DNA of 64,000 nucleotides from an uncultured Candidatus Saccharibacteria bacterium (GCA_964479005.1 CAYZJA010000001.1:250225-314224); one strand, 5' to 3'. Positions 20,312-29,928 are shown, numbered from the stretch's first letter. Notes: generated by a model not told the origin, from the letters alone. Numbers and translations: made by a program.

Positions 20312-20485
20312 CTTTTGAACTTTTACTTAGCTTAACTTAATTTACGACCTCTTAAAGTATACATCCAATATCCTAATATGTCAAATCAATGCCAAATAAA
20401 AGAGATGCCATTATCCCTGAAAATTAGTAATATTTTCGAATAACAGCACCCCCATTATAAAACATCTGGTTCTTTATTTCACACT

Positions 20486-20725
20486 CTAACCCTTATGCTC
20501 CCTTGGGTCATCTCCATAGGTATATTCTGTTTGAATCTGACCGTCTTCCCGATGAATTATTATCTGACTGGGTTCATTTGCTTTCGCTATTTCCTTTGCT
20601 CTCTCAATTGCTTCTTCTTTATTGCTAAATAAGCCCACGGGTTCGTCTATATTTTCTTCTTTGATTTTCCAATCCTTTTCTTGTCCAGGATTGGGAACTA
20701 TGTGATAGACTTTTCTTGCAGCCAT
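20486..20725 (-). CDS. DUF2188-family protein
   Basis: YHIVP...WKIK...EAIERAKEIAK...IIIHREDGQIQTEYTYGDDP fits remembered DUF2188 pattern. Confidence 0.55.
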   Translation of the reverse strand: MAARKVYHIVPNPGQEKDWKIKEENIDEPVGLFSNKEEAIERAKEIAKANEPSQIIIHREDGQIQTEYTYGDDPREHKG

Positions 20726-20816
20726 AAATAATATTTAAATTATTAAGATTTTTAATTTAATTAATTAGCTCTCAGTCGACCTATTGAAAGAAATAAGAGC
20801 TCTTGGTCTATTTTTA

Positions 20817-21311
20817 TTATAACATATCAAGCCCCTCTCTGACACCAAAACGGAGTAATTGAGAAAAAATAGTCGGATCTAAGGCGTATACAACGGCAAG
20901 AGCGGTAACAAAGATAATTATTGCTAACCATTTAGTATAGCGACCCCTGGTGCGAACAAATAATATTAACGCCAAAACAGCCATAAGACCCGAGCCAACG
21001 ACTTTAATATCGCCAAGTGGAATAGTATACCCAGCCACACTCTCTTGTGTAGTCCCTAAAAATGCTGCCAAATCAAAATTAATGTTAAAAGCAATAAAAA
21101 TTACCTCAGCAATAAAAACGATTAAAAGCCCCCAAGAAGCCCATTTGGTTGACTTCCCCTCTGTTCGATAAACCTCATAAATCACTGCGGGTAATAAGAA
21201 TAGAATTGTTATAAGGGGATTTGATTTAATAATCCCAATTATAATCCCTAATAAAGCAAAAGCGCTAAGGATAAGACAAATTAAGGTAGCATGTTTGTAA
21301 GCTTTAGCCAT
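20817..21311 (-). CDS. hypothetical membrane protein
   Basis: Multiple predicted TM helices; no motif. Confidence 0.4.
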   Translation of the reverse strand: MAKAYKHATLICLILSAFALLGIIIGIIKSNPLITILFLLPAVIYEVYRTEGKSTKWASWGLLIVFIAEVIFIAFNINFDLAAFLGTTQESVAGYTIPLGDIKVVGSGLMAVLALILFVRTRGRYTKWLAIIIFVTALAVVYALDPTIFSQLLRFGVREGLDML

Positions 21312-21437
21312 TTTATTGATATTTTAAAAAATTAATTTATCTCGACCTTTCAATTATTCTAATTATAGCAAATTTTTAATCAATAAGAAAACAAAAGAGA
21401 GATCCAATTTGAACCTCTCTTCTCTTATATGCCTGAA

Positions 21438-21821
21438 TTAAATATCTAATCTAAATTCAATTCCATGATCTTCGAAACCAAGGTATTTATACAATCTATG
21501 GACTTCGGGCCTGGAATGTCTACTTGTTGCAATTATTTTATAACATCCCTTTTTCTTTGCCTCATTAATCACTTCATTAAGTAATTGAGTGCCTATACCT
21601 TGCCTTCTTAAACTTTCATTAATATACACATCTTCCAAAAAACCAAATGGTTCTTCATGAAGATTGTTTGAAAGAATGAATAAAGAAGCCCTTCCTATTT
21701 CCTTACCATCAACTTCTGTAGAAAATCTTATGCCTTTAACCTTAATTTCTTTCTTTCTAACTTTCGTATTAACTTTCATAATCTCACCTTCTTTCTTCAG
21801 TATTTTATACAATGTTTTCAA
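21438..21821 (-). CDS. GNAT family N-acetyltransferase
   Basis: Acetyl-CoA binding motif RRQGIGTQLLNEVINEAKKKG. Confidence 0.75.
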   Translation of the reverse strand: MKTLYKILKKEGEIMKVNTKVRKKEIKVKGIRFSTEVDGKEIGRASLFILSNNLHEEPFGFLEDVYINESLRRQGIGTQLLNEVINEAKKKGCYKIIATSRHSRPEVHRLYKYLGFEDHGIEFRLDI

Positions 21822-22258
21822 AGAACAAAATCTCCTTTTTTCTTTTTAATAAATATTACAATAGTCCCTATGATACCAATTACAAACCCTAAAGGACAAA
21901 CAAAAATTGCAATAATGAAAAATGCTATATGAAGAATTTCCATAAGCAAACTTAAAACACTAATTTGGCTAGTTATGATAGCTAAAGCATAAAAAACATT
22001 ATGTAAAAAAACAAAAACAAAAAACCCTGTCGCTGAAATTCCTGTTAGCATTAAAAACCTTTTAAGCACTCCGCCTACCTTTTGTTTTAAGGTCAAAAAT
22101 ATCAAAGCAATACCCAACAAAGAAAAGATAATAAACGGCAATAAAAAAATAATGGAACCACTAATTAATTCTCCAACTACTGGAATAAAAAATTGACTTA
22201 CTATTAAAAGGAAAACTCCTATTAATGCCCAAAATGTTAATACTATAGATTTTTTCAT
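21818..22258 (-). CDS. hypothetical membrane protein
   Basis: 4 predicted TM helices. Confidence 0.4.
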   Translation of the reverse strand: MKKSIVLTFWALIGVFLLIVSQFFIPVVGELISGSIIFLLPFIIFSLLGIALIFLTLKQKVGGVLKRFLMLTGISATGFFVFVFLHNVFYALAIITSQISVLSLLMEILHIAFFIIAIFVCPLGFVIGIIGTIVIFIKKKKGDFVL

Positions 22259-22272
22259 TCTGTATTCTGTTT

Positions 22273-22776
22273 TTATAATTTTTCTTTTATTAGCTTATTT
22301 ATTATAACACCTTGGCTAATAGATGCCATAATCATAATTAAAGCCAAGATTAAAATATATTTCCAGCCAAAATAATAAATAGCAGCCGGCAAAATAGGTA
22401 ATTTGATAGCCCGGTTATATAAAAAACAAGCAACAAAACCATAATCAAACCCTTTCTTCCTTAAATCTGCCAATAAAGGATACCATATATAAATTGGGCC
22501 CTCTGATAGAATTCCCCCTATAACAGCAAAAAACCATTTGTTTACACCCCTTTTATCAAAATACTTAAAAACAAATTTTGGAGTAATAAAATAATTTGTT
22601 AGCACCATTAAAATCCAAACAAGGAAAAATATAGGAATAATCTTTATTAAAATCTGGCGAAAGAAAATTAAGCTGGAAATATATAGGTTTGGATTAACAA
22701 AAAATAAAAGGAGATAAAGCATCACCATAAACATAAAGAAAAACCAAGTTCCTGAAATCTTTTTAAATTGCAACAT
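22273..22776 (-). CDS. putative two-component membrane permease, subunit B (DUF318/ArsP-like half)
   Basis: Polytopic half-size permease whose start overlaps (1 nt) the upstream half; architecture like split DUF318 permeases (e.g. SMU_746c/747c). Confidence 0.5.
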   Translation of the reverse strand: MLQFKKISGTWFFFMFMVMLYLLLFFVNPNLYISSLIFFRQILIKIIPIFFLVWILMVLTNYFITPKFVFKYFDKRGVNKWFFAVIGGILSEGPIYIWYPLLADLRKKGFDYGFVACFLYNRAIKLPILPAAIYYFGWKYILILALIMIMASISQGVIINKLIKEKL

Positions 22777-23186
22777 CAGACCAGATTTAATATTAAAACC
22801 GTAGTAAAAGCTACAATTATTGATAAAACAAAAGCGCTAAGATTGCGCCAAATAGCGAATCTTCTTCCTAAAATTATAGATTCAGCAGGAATTTGAATAA
22901 AACCGACAGTTACCCATGCAACTAAGAAAGCAGTAACTGCAATTAAACTAATCCCCTGTTTAAGCATTTCCCCTCCTAAAATATAGCTAATAATAGGAGT
23001 GCCAGCAGAAATACTACCAATAATACTGCCGATAAAAGAATCAAAAATAATATTTTTGTTAAAAAATTTTGTATAAAATGATTCAGGCACAACTGTTGTT
23101 AATAGGCTAACAAGTAAAATTGTCCCTAAAATTAAGGGTAAAACTTTTCCTAATGATTCAGTTGCTTTAATAATAGATTTTTTCAT
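22776..23186 (-). CDS. putative two-component membrane permease, subunit A (DUF318/ArsP-like half)
   Basis: 136-aa polytopic protein; translationally coupled to downstream half; adjacent to thioredoxin-fold redox protein as is typical for DUF318. Confidence 0.5.
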   Translation of the reverse strand: MKKSIIKATESLGKVLPLILGTILLVSLLTTVVPESFYTKFFNKNIIFDSFIGSIIGSISAGTPIISYILGGEMLKQGISLIAVTAFLVAWVTVGFIQIPAESIILGRRFAIWRNLSAFVLSIIVAFTTVLILNLV

Positions 23187-23208
23187 TTTACCTAAATTAT
23201 ACTTTAAT

Positions 23209-24651
23209 CTATACCCATCCTAACACCATTGCCAATCCCAAAACAAATATAATTAAACCAGTAATTAAGTGCAAATACCTTATGTTTTTATCTTTCCACC
23301 CACTAACATCTTCAATTTTTGCAAAACCAACATATATTATTAATGTTATCAGAATCATAGGTAAGATAAAAATCAAATTATACAAAAGTAAGAAAGGTAT
23401 TGTTTTAATTAACTCTAAAGTAGATAAAATACCACCTGCTATAACATAAGGACCTATTGTGCAAGGCAAAAGAAAAACAGTTACGAAAAGACCAGTAATA
23501 AAAGCTCCCTTGGGACTAGTTATACCTGAAATTATTTTTTTAACTTTTGGTCTTATGCTAAGAGGCATTTCTGTTAAAAAACTACCAGCCTTGTATCTTA
23601 TAGCATCTTTTATGTTTAAAATTCCTAAAATAATAGCGGCATAACCAAGAATCTTGTACAACAATACCCTAACATTAGTTAACGCTTCAATAAGTTGAAA
23701 AGATTTTATAATAACTAATCCATAAAATAAATACATAATAAAAACTGAACAAGCAAAGGCAAATCCAGCAAGTAGTACATCTCTTTTTTTCTTTGGATTA
23801 TAGGTTAAAATCGCTACTAACATTAAAGCCAAAACAGCCAAAGCGCAAGGATTTATCGCATCAACAACCGCAAGAGAAAGAATTTTTGTTAATGTGAGCT
23901 TTTTCCCCGGGACACTTTTGGAAGATATATCTATAACTGTAGATGTAGTATCTTTTTGTATATTCGCTTGTTGCACATCTCTATCTATCTCTTCTCCATT
24001 CCATTGAAAAATCCAACCATCTAATTGAATAGCATTATCAAAATATATCTTTTTTCCAGAAAGAAGAACTGGCCTTGGTTCTATAATCTCATAATTAATC
24101 TCTTCTGTATCTATAACAGAAGTAATATCGTCTATCGTTAATAATTCTTTTAATATCTCACTATCACCTTTTCCACTAATCTTTATCAAAATCTTCTGAT
24201 TTTTCCATATTTTTGGTTGGCCCTCCAAAGAAGTTATATCAAGATTATTAAAATCAACCGAAGAACCGTCTATTAAAGGACAGTTATTATTATCAAATTT
24301 ATTAATTGTTCCGTTTATATTTTCAATAATTGGAGCGCCTCCAATAAGATAGTTGTCCTGATTAAATATTATTAAAGGTATACCTAGCCCAGAATGATAT
24401 TCAGAATCGTATTCAAAAAGTAAAGGCGCATTTACTTGTTGCTGATAAATTTCATATTCTATTATAACTAAGTCAGGATATTCCCTTAATAAATCAATAA
24501 GAACAACTGGATCTGTTTTAGCGCAATACGAGCATCCAATCCCTGTAAAATAAACAGCGCAAATAGCGTTTTGCTCATCTTTTGCTAAAGCAACTGGCAA
24601 TAAGCTGCCAATAAATAATAACGTAAATACAATAAATAATAACTTCCTCAT
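23209..24651 (-). CDS. thioredoxin-like domain fused to CcdA/DsbD-family membrane thiol-disulfide transporter
   Basis: Signal peptide; CxxC (GIGCSYCAK) in N-terminal domain; C-terminal polytopic domain with conserved TM cysteines (INPCALAVL, LLPCTIGPYV) typical of CcdA/DsbD-beta. Confidence 0.7.
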   Translation of the reverse strand: MRKLLFIVFTLLFIGSLLPVALAKDEQNAICAVYFTGIGCSYCAKTDPVVLIDLLREYPDLVIIEYEIYQQQVNAPLLFEYDSEYHSGLGIPLIIFNQDNYLIGGAPIIENINGTINKFDNNNCPLIDGSSVDFNNLDITSLEGQPKIWKNQKILIKISGKGDSEILKELLTIDDITSVIDTEEINYEIIEPRPVLLSGKKIYFDNAIQLDGWIFQWNGEEIDRDVQQANIQKDTTSTVIDISSKSVPGKKLTLTKILSLAVVDAINPCALAVLALMLVAILTYNPKKKRDVLLAGFAFACSVFIMYLFYGLVIIKSFQLIEALTNVRVLLYKILGYAAIILGILNIKDAIRYKAGSFLTEMPLSIRPKVKKIISGITSPKGAFITGLFVTVFLLPCTIGPYVIAGGILSTLELIKTIPFLLLYNLIFILPMILITLIIYVGFAKIEDVSGWKDKNIRYLHLITGLIIFVLGLAMVLGWV

Positions 24652-24655
24652 TTTT

Positions 24656-24898
24656 TTAATTTCTTCTGTTAGAAAATATTAATTTATAAACTGCAAAAGA
24701 TATCCAAATAGCTTGAAGAATTAAAAAAGGAATACTGTTTAAAGCATAAGCATAATAAGCTAAAAGCCCTGCGCCAATAATATTAAAGATGTTATAAATC
24801 AACGAATCTTGCGTAACTTTCTTAAATAAGTTTAGGGCAAAAGCAGTTAACAAAAATATCATTCCAATGGCTCCAACTATGACAGCAAAATTAATCAT
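24656..24898 (-). CDS. hypothetical small membrane protein
   Basis: 80-aa, 2-3 TM. Confidence 0.3.
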   Translation of the reverse strand: MINFAVIVGAIGMIFLLTAFALNLFKKVTQDSLIYNIFNIIGAGLLAYYAYALNSIPFLILQAIWISFAVYKLIFSNRRN

Positions 24899-24903
24899 CC
24901 AAA

Positions 24904-25362
24904 TTAATCTTCATCTTCATTAACTTTTTCTTTTTCCTTTTCCTCGGTTTCCTTCTTTATAATCCGCCAGTGAAAAAGGTACAATGGTAAACCAATTAAA
25001 ATCAGGGATAAGTTCAAAGACGCATCTCGATGTCTTCGTGCCGTAATTGGATCAACTTTTGATCTACTTTCCTTCCAAGTATTATAATCAGCTAACCAAC
25101 TTTCAATACCAGTCTTCTCTTCCTCAGAAAGACAGATATCTTTTCCTTCTTCTATATCCTGTTGTATATTTTCAATTTTTAGAACTGAAAAAGGAGCTGG
25201 CATTTGTTTACTAAGAATTCTACTTTCTTCATCGGCTTGAGTAAAAATAAAAGCCTTAAGGCCCATGTTAAGAAAATTAACACTACCAATAATCAAAAGG
25301 ACTAAACCCAATAAAGCAAAAATATAAAGATAAATTGTTCTAACCAAGGTATATTTTTTCAT
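24904..25362 (-). CDS. hypothetical membrane protein with acidic C-terminal tail
   Basis: ORF with TM helices, EEKEKEKVNEDED tail. Confidence 0.35.
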   Translation of the reverse strand: MKKYTLVRTIYLYIFALLGLVLLIIGSVNFLNMGLKAFIFTQADEESRILSKQMPAPFSVLKIENIQQDIEEGKDICLSEEEKTGIESWLADYNTWKESRSKVDPITARRHRDASLNLSLILIGLPLYLFHWRIIKKETEEKEKEKVNEDED

Positions 25363-25366
25363 ATAT

Positions 25367-25858
25367 TTAATCTATCGCCCCCATGCATCTCCAATTTATT
25401 GATGCTTCTTTTGTTATAACATCAATAACACACGCAGGATTACAACCTTCTTTTTCAATATCCAAATCTATCCACCAAGTCCCAGTATCTTGATTACATA
25501 TACTAGGTTCTTTAAGCCTATCGCCGCATTCACTATTTATAGCAATTTGTTTGGCATCAGCCAAAGTTAATAATTCTTGTGTGTCTTTTTTGCTGCAAAA
25601 TTCTTCTATGAATGTCCTGCCGCCAGATGTTTCACATTGGCGAGGATAAGATTCAAGAATAGGATTACCGGCCTCTACACATTCTTTAAAAGTAATTAAT
25701 TCGTCCACAGTATGATCATCATTAATAACAGAATCATTATTTCCTTCTGGTACTGTCCCAACATCAGGTGTTGATGTTGAATTATAAACCCAATAACCTA
25801 ATATTGCGATTATTATTATGGCAAGAACCATGATTATTGTTTTATATGTTTTAGGCAT
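25367..25858 (-). CDS. hypothetical membrane-anchored Cys-rich extracytoplasmic protein
   Basis: N-terminal TM anchor, 10 Cys in soluble part. Confidence 0.4.
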   Translation of the reverse strand: MPKTYKTIIMVLAIIIIAILGYWVYNSTSTPDVGTVPEGNNDSVINDDHTVDELITFKECVEAGNPILESYPRQCETSGGRTFIEEFCSKKDTQELLTLADAKQIAINSECGDRLKEPSICNQDTGTWWIDLDIEKEGCNPACVIDVITKEASINWRCMGAID

Positions 25859-25893
25859 AGTATTTTAGTTTATTAATTTTAACCCTTTATCTA

Positions 25894-26658
25894 TTATTTA
25901 TCTTTTTCTCCTCTTAGTAAACTTTTACCAAATCCCTCAAAAGATCTCAAAATTTCTAAAGGTACGGCAAAAATAATGGTATTTGACTGATCAGAGCTCA
26001 AATCATTAATTGATTGAAGGGTTCTTAAATGAAGAGCGCCATTAGCTGATGATAATACGCCAGCAGCTTTAGCCATATTGTTTGCGGCAATTACCTCCCC
26101 TTCTGCTTTAATAATTATCGCCCTTTTCTCTCTTTCTGCTTCAGCTTGTTTACCAATTACTCTCTTCATTTCTTCTGGTAAGGTTATGTCTTTTAACTCA
26201 ACGTTATTAACTTGAATCCCCCAAGGATCAGAAGCTTTATCAATAATACTTCTTATGTTTTCTGAAACTCTATCTCTTTGAGAAAGAAGTCCGTCTAAAT
26301 CCACTTGACCTACAGCATCCCGCATTGTTGTTTGAGCTAATTGAGAAATAGCATAGTAAAAATTCTCTACCTCTAAAATTGCTTTATCAGCTTCTCTAAC
26401 TTTATAATAAATAACTGCGTTTACACTAACTGAAATATTGTCTTTTGTAATCGCCTCTTGATTTGGCACATCCACTGCTTTTACTCTTAAATCTACTTTC
26501 TTGTAAGACTGAACAATTGGCCAAACCAATCTCCAACCAGGATTCATTAAACCAGCATATTTTCCGAACATAAACCTAATCCCTCTTTCATATTGGTTTA
26601 TCTGCCTAATTGAAGATAAAAAGATAATAACGATTGCTACAATAATTATATTTGCCAT
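25894..26658 (-). CDS. SPFH/band-7 (stomatin-like) membrane protein
   Basis: N-terminal TM then SPFH core (YERGIRFMFGKYAG...VDLRVKAVDVPNQEAITKDNISV...). Confidence 0.85.
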   Translation of the reverse strand: MANIIIVAIVIIFLSSIRQINQYERGIRFMFGKYAGLMNPGWRLVWPIVQSYKKVDLRVKAVDVPNQEAITKDNISVSVNAVIYYKVREADKAILEVENFYYAISQLAQTTMRDAVGQVDLDGLLSQRDRVSENIRSIIDKASDPWGIQVNNVELKDITLPEEMKRVIGKQAEAEREKRAIIIKAEGEVIAANNMAKAAGVLSSANGALHLRTLQSINDLSSDQSNTIIFAVPLEILRSFEGFGKSLLRGEKDK

Positions 26659-26867
26659 ATTTTTTAAATTAATTTAATGTTTAGACCTTTCATATATTCT
26701 ACCCCTTCGGCAGGCTCAGGGCAAGCAAAAAATCTATGTTTATGGAAATTAAAAATCTTAAATAGTATTAGTCCTATCCAAGAACTCGGTCCCCAATGGA
26801 ATGGTGTAAATGGCATACTTTTTCCTTTATTTTATTAAATGCTACCAAAAAAAAACTGGTAGATAAT

Positions 26868-27548
26868 TTAATCTGTGTATCGTTTTTTAATATAACTTAA
26901 AATCTCTAAAGCCCCATGACGATTGCCTCTCCCAACTGGAAAGTAACAAGGCAAAACTTTGTATATCTTACCTAAAACATTAACTGATTGAATGGGCTGA
27001 TAAGAATTACCTCTGATTCTTTCCAAACAATCTTTTAGACGAATGTCTTTGCCTGCTATCATCCTTACAGGAAGCTTTCCAAAGGCAATAATATATTTTG
27101 GCAGAACTATATTTATTTCTTTTTGTAATAAGAGAAAATCTTGCTTCATTATATCTTTACTGGGGCTATCTGGATTATATTTAGTACATTTAACTAAATT
27201 AGTGATATAGACATTATTATTTATCAAACTTTGCTCAATCCTACTTTCATCATGAATCTGCCATCCTTTTTTGTAAATATCATCTATTATTTTTTTATCT
27301 AAAAAACCTGCTTCTGATAAAAAACGGTAGAAATAACGAACTCCTATAAAAGGATATCTTCTCTTTCCTTTATAATCTTTATGACTTGATAGATTAAGAT
27401 GGGTTGGATTAATAAAAAGAAAAAGAAATTGGGGATTTTGGAATTTACCACCACCTAAAATATGTAAAAGTGGATTATTTTCCTTTTTACACCTCTTACA
27501 ATTATCAAATTCCTTATAAATCTTTGATAACTTTTGTGGAATTTTCAT
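26868..27548 (-). CDS. divergent UDG-superfamily protein (family-4-like fold with altered motif A)
   Basis: Collinear with the canonical family-4 UDG at 28187: CKRCKK Cys pair, FLFLFINPT in place of GEAPG, VYITNLVKC, AFGKLP. Confidence 0.5.
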   Translation of the reverse strand: MKIPQKLSKIYKEFDNCKRCKKENNPLLHILGGGKFQNPQFLFLFINPTHLNLSSHKDYKGKRRYPFIGVRYFYRFLSEAGFLDKKIIDDIYKKGWQIHDESRIEQSLINNNVYITNLVKCTKYNPDSPSKDIMKQDFLLLQKEINIVLPKYIIAFGKLPVRMIAGKDIRLKDCLERIRGNSYQPIQSVNVLGKIYKVLPCYFPVGRGNRHGALEILSYIKKRYTD

Positions 27549-27564
27549 ATTATTTGTATTCTAT

Positions 27565-27592
27565 CAAAAAATCGCCTTTAAGGCGATTTTTG
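27565..27592. terminator. bidirectional rho-independent terminator AAAAAATCGCCTTTAAGGCGATTTTTG
   Basis: 8-bp GC-containing stem flanked by A/T runs. Confidence 0.8.
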
Positions 27593-27609
27593 TTAACTTG
27601 AGTTACTAT

Positions 27610-27852
27610 CTATCTCTTTTTATAAATTTTACTGCTTCTATGTTCTATGCTTAAAATCTTTATAGAGTCATCTGTTTTGTAAATAATAATACGCATATCG
27701 CCTTTACGAATACGAAAAATATCCTTTCTTCCTTTTAATTTTTTCAAGTCTAAATTGCGAAAGTTATTTCTTTCTATCCGAAGAAGAATACTCTTGAGTT
27801 TTTGTCTTTCTTTAAACCCTAATTTATTTAATGCTTTCTCAATCTTATCCAT
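27610..27852 (-). CDS. RelE/ParE-family type II toxin
   Basis: 80 aa; ...KKLKGRKDIFRIRKGDMRIIIYKTDDSIKILSIEHRSSKIY matches RelE/ParE C-terminal pattern (yRiRvGdyRiiY...i..i.hRkdvY). Confidence 0.6.
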   Translation of the reverse strand: MDKIEKALNKLGFKERQKLKSILLRIERNNFRNLDLKKLKGRKDIFRIRKGDMRIIIYKTDDSIKILSIEHRSSKIYKKR

Positions 27853-27861
27853 GAAGTATAG

Positions 27862-28074
27862 TTATAGGCGTTGAAGCAATTCTTTCAGACTAATTCCTCC
27901 TTTTTTAATTTTAGTAAAGTCTATCACTTCTTCCCAATACTCTTCGTCAATTGGAGAAATTTTAAATAATGGTTTTGACTTTTTAAAAACCATAAAAGAG
28001 TGCCCTCTTTTAACTTTTTGGGCATATTCTTGCATATTTTCTCTCAAACTTTTAAGATTAATGATATTTTCCAT
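27862..28074 (-). CDS. Phd/YefM-like antitoxin (partner of the RelE/ParE toxin)
   Basis: 70-aa protein immediately upstream with 9-nt gap; size, position and pattern (...RGHSFMVFKKSKPLFKISPIDEEYWEE) consistent. Confidence 0.5.
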   Translation of the reverse strand: MENIINLKSLRENMQEYAQKVKRGHSFMVFKKSKPLFKISPIDEEYWEEVIDFTKIKKGGISLKELLQRL

Positions 28075-28186
28075 AATTATAAGTTAAACTTAAACTTACC
28101 TTAAGTTTACCTTATTAAAATGCTTTGTCAAGTTTTTATTATTAAGTGTATTGAACTATAAAATGTACAAATTAAATTGTCTGGCA

Positions 28187-28783
28187 TTATTTAAATTTTT
28201 TTAAAATTTGAAAATCCTTTTGTAAAACTTCTTTCATATTTGGATTGTAAGTTGCTACAGCTGGATGGTAGAATGGAATAATTTTTATACTTTGGAAAAG
28301 AATTTTTGCTTCAAAAACTTTTCCGTGAATTTTGCTAATTGGTTCAATTACATCCTTCAAGCCAAACTTCTCCATTAAAAATTCCATTGAATATCTACCC
28401 AAAGAACAAATAACTTTTGGCTTAATCATTTCAATTTGTCTTTCTATATAAGGAACACAAGCTTCAATTTCTTCTTTCTGAGGGTCACGATTTTCAGGAG
28501 GTCTGTCTTTTAAAATATTGGTAATGTAAACATTTCCTCTTTTGATACTGACTGAATCCAAAAGGTCATCCAAAATTCTTCCTGCTGCTCCACAGAAAGG
28601 TCGGCCAGTTTTAGCCTCCTGGAGTCCTGGCGCTTCACCAATAAATATTATTTTTGCTTGATGATTTCCTTCCCCAATTACTGGATAGAATCCACTTTTA
28701 ATCCGTTCTTCATAAAGAGAGCATTTTTTGCAATTTATAACCTCGTCCCTAATTTTTCTAAGCTCTGTTTCTAAATCTTTCAT
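28187..28783 (-). CDS. uracil-DNA glycosylase, family 4
   Basis: CKKCSLYE + GEAPG (FIGEAPGLQEAKTGRPFCGAAGRILD), VYITNILKDRPPENRDP, HP motif near C-terminus. Confidence 0.85.
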   Translation of the reverse strand: MKDLETELRKIRDEVINCKKCSLYEERIKSGFYPVIGEGNHQAKIIFIGEAPGLQEAKTGRPFCGAAGRILDDLLDSVSIKRGNVYITNILKDRPPENRDPQKEEIEACVPYIERQIEMIKPKVICSLGRYSMEFLMEKFGLKDVIEPISKIHGKVFEAKILFQSIKIIPFYHPAVATYNPNMKEVLQKDFQILKKFK

Positions 28784-28818
28784 AATTTAATTAAACTTTA
28801 ATTGTTTCTCCTGCTTTT

Positions 28819-29007
28819 TTATTGACTCCTCTTTTTGCCAATAGAAATGCCTAACCAGATACCAAGACCAAATAGTTCAATACCACCTAATATGGCATCG
28901 ATTGTTGGTGAAAAAAAGTAACCTGTGTCGGACATTAAAAATCCAATTAATTGGACAATAACTATAACCACTATAATTGCTATTATGATGCATGTTTGTT
29001 TTTTCAT
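28819..29007 (-). CDS. hypothetical small 2-TM protein
   Basis: 62-aa hydrophobic ORF preceded by the island repeat motif. Confidence 0.35.
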   Translation of the reverse strand: MKKQTCIIIAIIVVIVIVQLIGFLMSDTGYFFSPTIDAILGGIELFGLGIWLGISIGKKRSQ

Positions 29008-29057
29008 AACTAAATTATATCACAAATTTGGGTCGGCGACCGAATTAGATAGCTCCG

Positions 29058-29086
29058 GGAACTGGACGATGTTAGAACCTGTTTTA
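29058..29086 (-). repeat. island repeat motif copy 1 (GGGAACTGGACGATGTTAGAACCTGTTTT)
   Basis: Identical 29-mer also at 31399-31427; partial copies at 30777-30794 and 32250-32265; ~50 nt upstream of start of ORF 28819..29007. Confidence 0.85.
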
Positions 29087-29151
29087 TGTAGAAAAACGGG
29101 ACCACCAAATTTCGTGCCAGCGAAACTAGCACGCTGCAGTTCCCCACTAAA

Positions 29152-29928
29152 TCACTTAATTATAAGAGGACCAATTTCTTCAGTAATGAACGGCGTTGAC
29201 TCACTGAAATTATCTCTATTTATTAAAAGGAATGAGTTAGCAACTCTTTTACTTTCTCTGTCAAACTCAATTACTATCAAATTTTGACTGTAAATTCTGA
29301 TAACAGTTTTATTTGAGTTTAGTCCCAATAAAACGAAGGATTTCTGATTTAATGCTTCGCTCCTCCCCATATTGAACGCAATTGAAAGTAAAACAAGAGA
29401 TAGAAATAAGAATTGAAAAATTGAACGACCTATTTTTTCAATTATTCTACTGAACAAATCATTGGATATAACTTCTCTTTCAATTTTTTCTTGTGCTAAA
29501 AATTTTTCTTCCAATGTTTTTTTATCTTTTTGGAAAATAAATGGCCACAAAAACTCAATCATTAAAAGAACTGCTGCCACAATTAAAAGCCATAACGATT
29601 GTTTCCATGCTGTTTTGTAGATTAAAACCATAATAACTGCGTACGCCGTATACATTAAAGCAAAATTTCTACTTCTGCCAAGAGCCGTTTTAGTATTTAA
29701 TAATCCCATTTGTGAAAAGATATTAAGCACAGTCAATAATAAAAACATCATTCCTAAGGTTGCTACCGCAGCAATTAAGATATTTGTTAAATTTAACTCT
29801 ATTAATTGTGTAGGAATATGAAAATAACTTAAATATCCATACTCATAAAAGAAGGCCATCAAATAACCAAGTAATGAAGAGATTGCGACTAAGACAGCAC
29901 CTGAAATAAAATTATAATTTTTATTCAT
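29152..29928 (-). CDS. hypothetical membrane protein (N-terminal TM domain, C-terminal soluble domain)
   Basis: ORF only. Confidence 0.4.
   Translation of the reverse strand: MNKNYNFISGAVLVAISSLLGYLMAFFYEYGYLSYFHIPTQLIELNLTNILIAAVATLGMMFLLLTVLNIFSQMGLLNTKTALGRSRNFALMYTAYAVIMVLIYKTAWKQSLWLLIVAAVLLMIEFLWPFIFQKDKKTLEEKFLAQEKIEREVISNDLFSRIIEKIGRSIFQFLFLSLVLLSIAFNMGRSEALNQKSFVLLGLNSNKTVIRIYSQNLIVIEFDRESKRVANSFLLINRDNFSESTPFITEEIGPLIIK

Noticed and set aside
28925-29287. 120-aa plus-strand ORF spanning the repeat motif and two minus-strand genes
   Set aside because: Overlaps two minus-strand ORFs and the conserved intergenic repeat. The minus-strand genes fit the operon organization.
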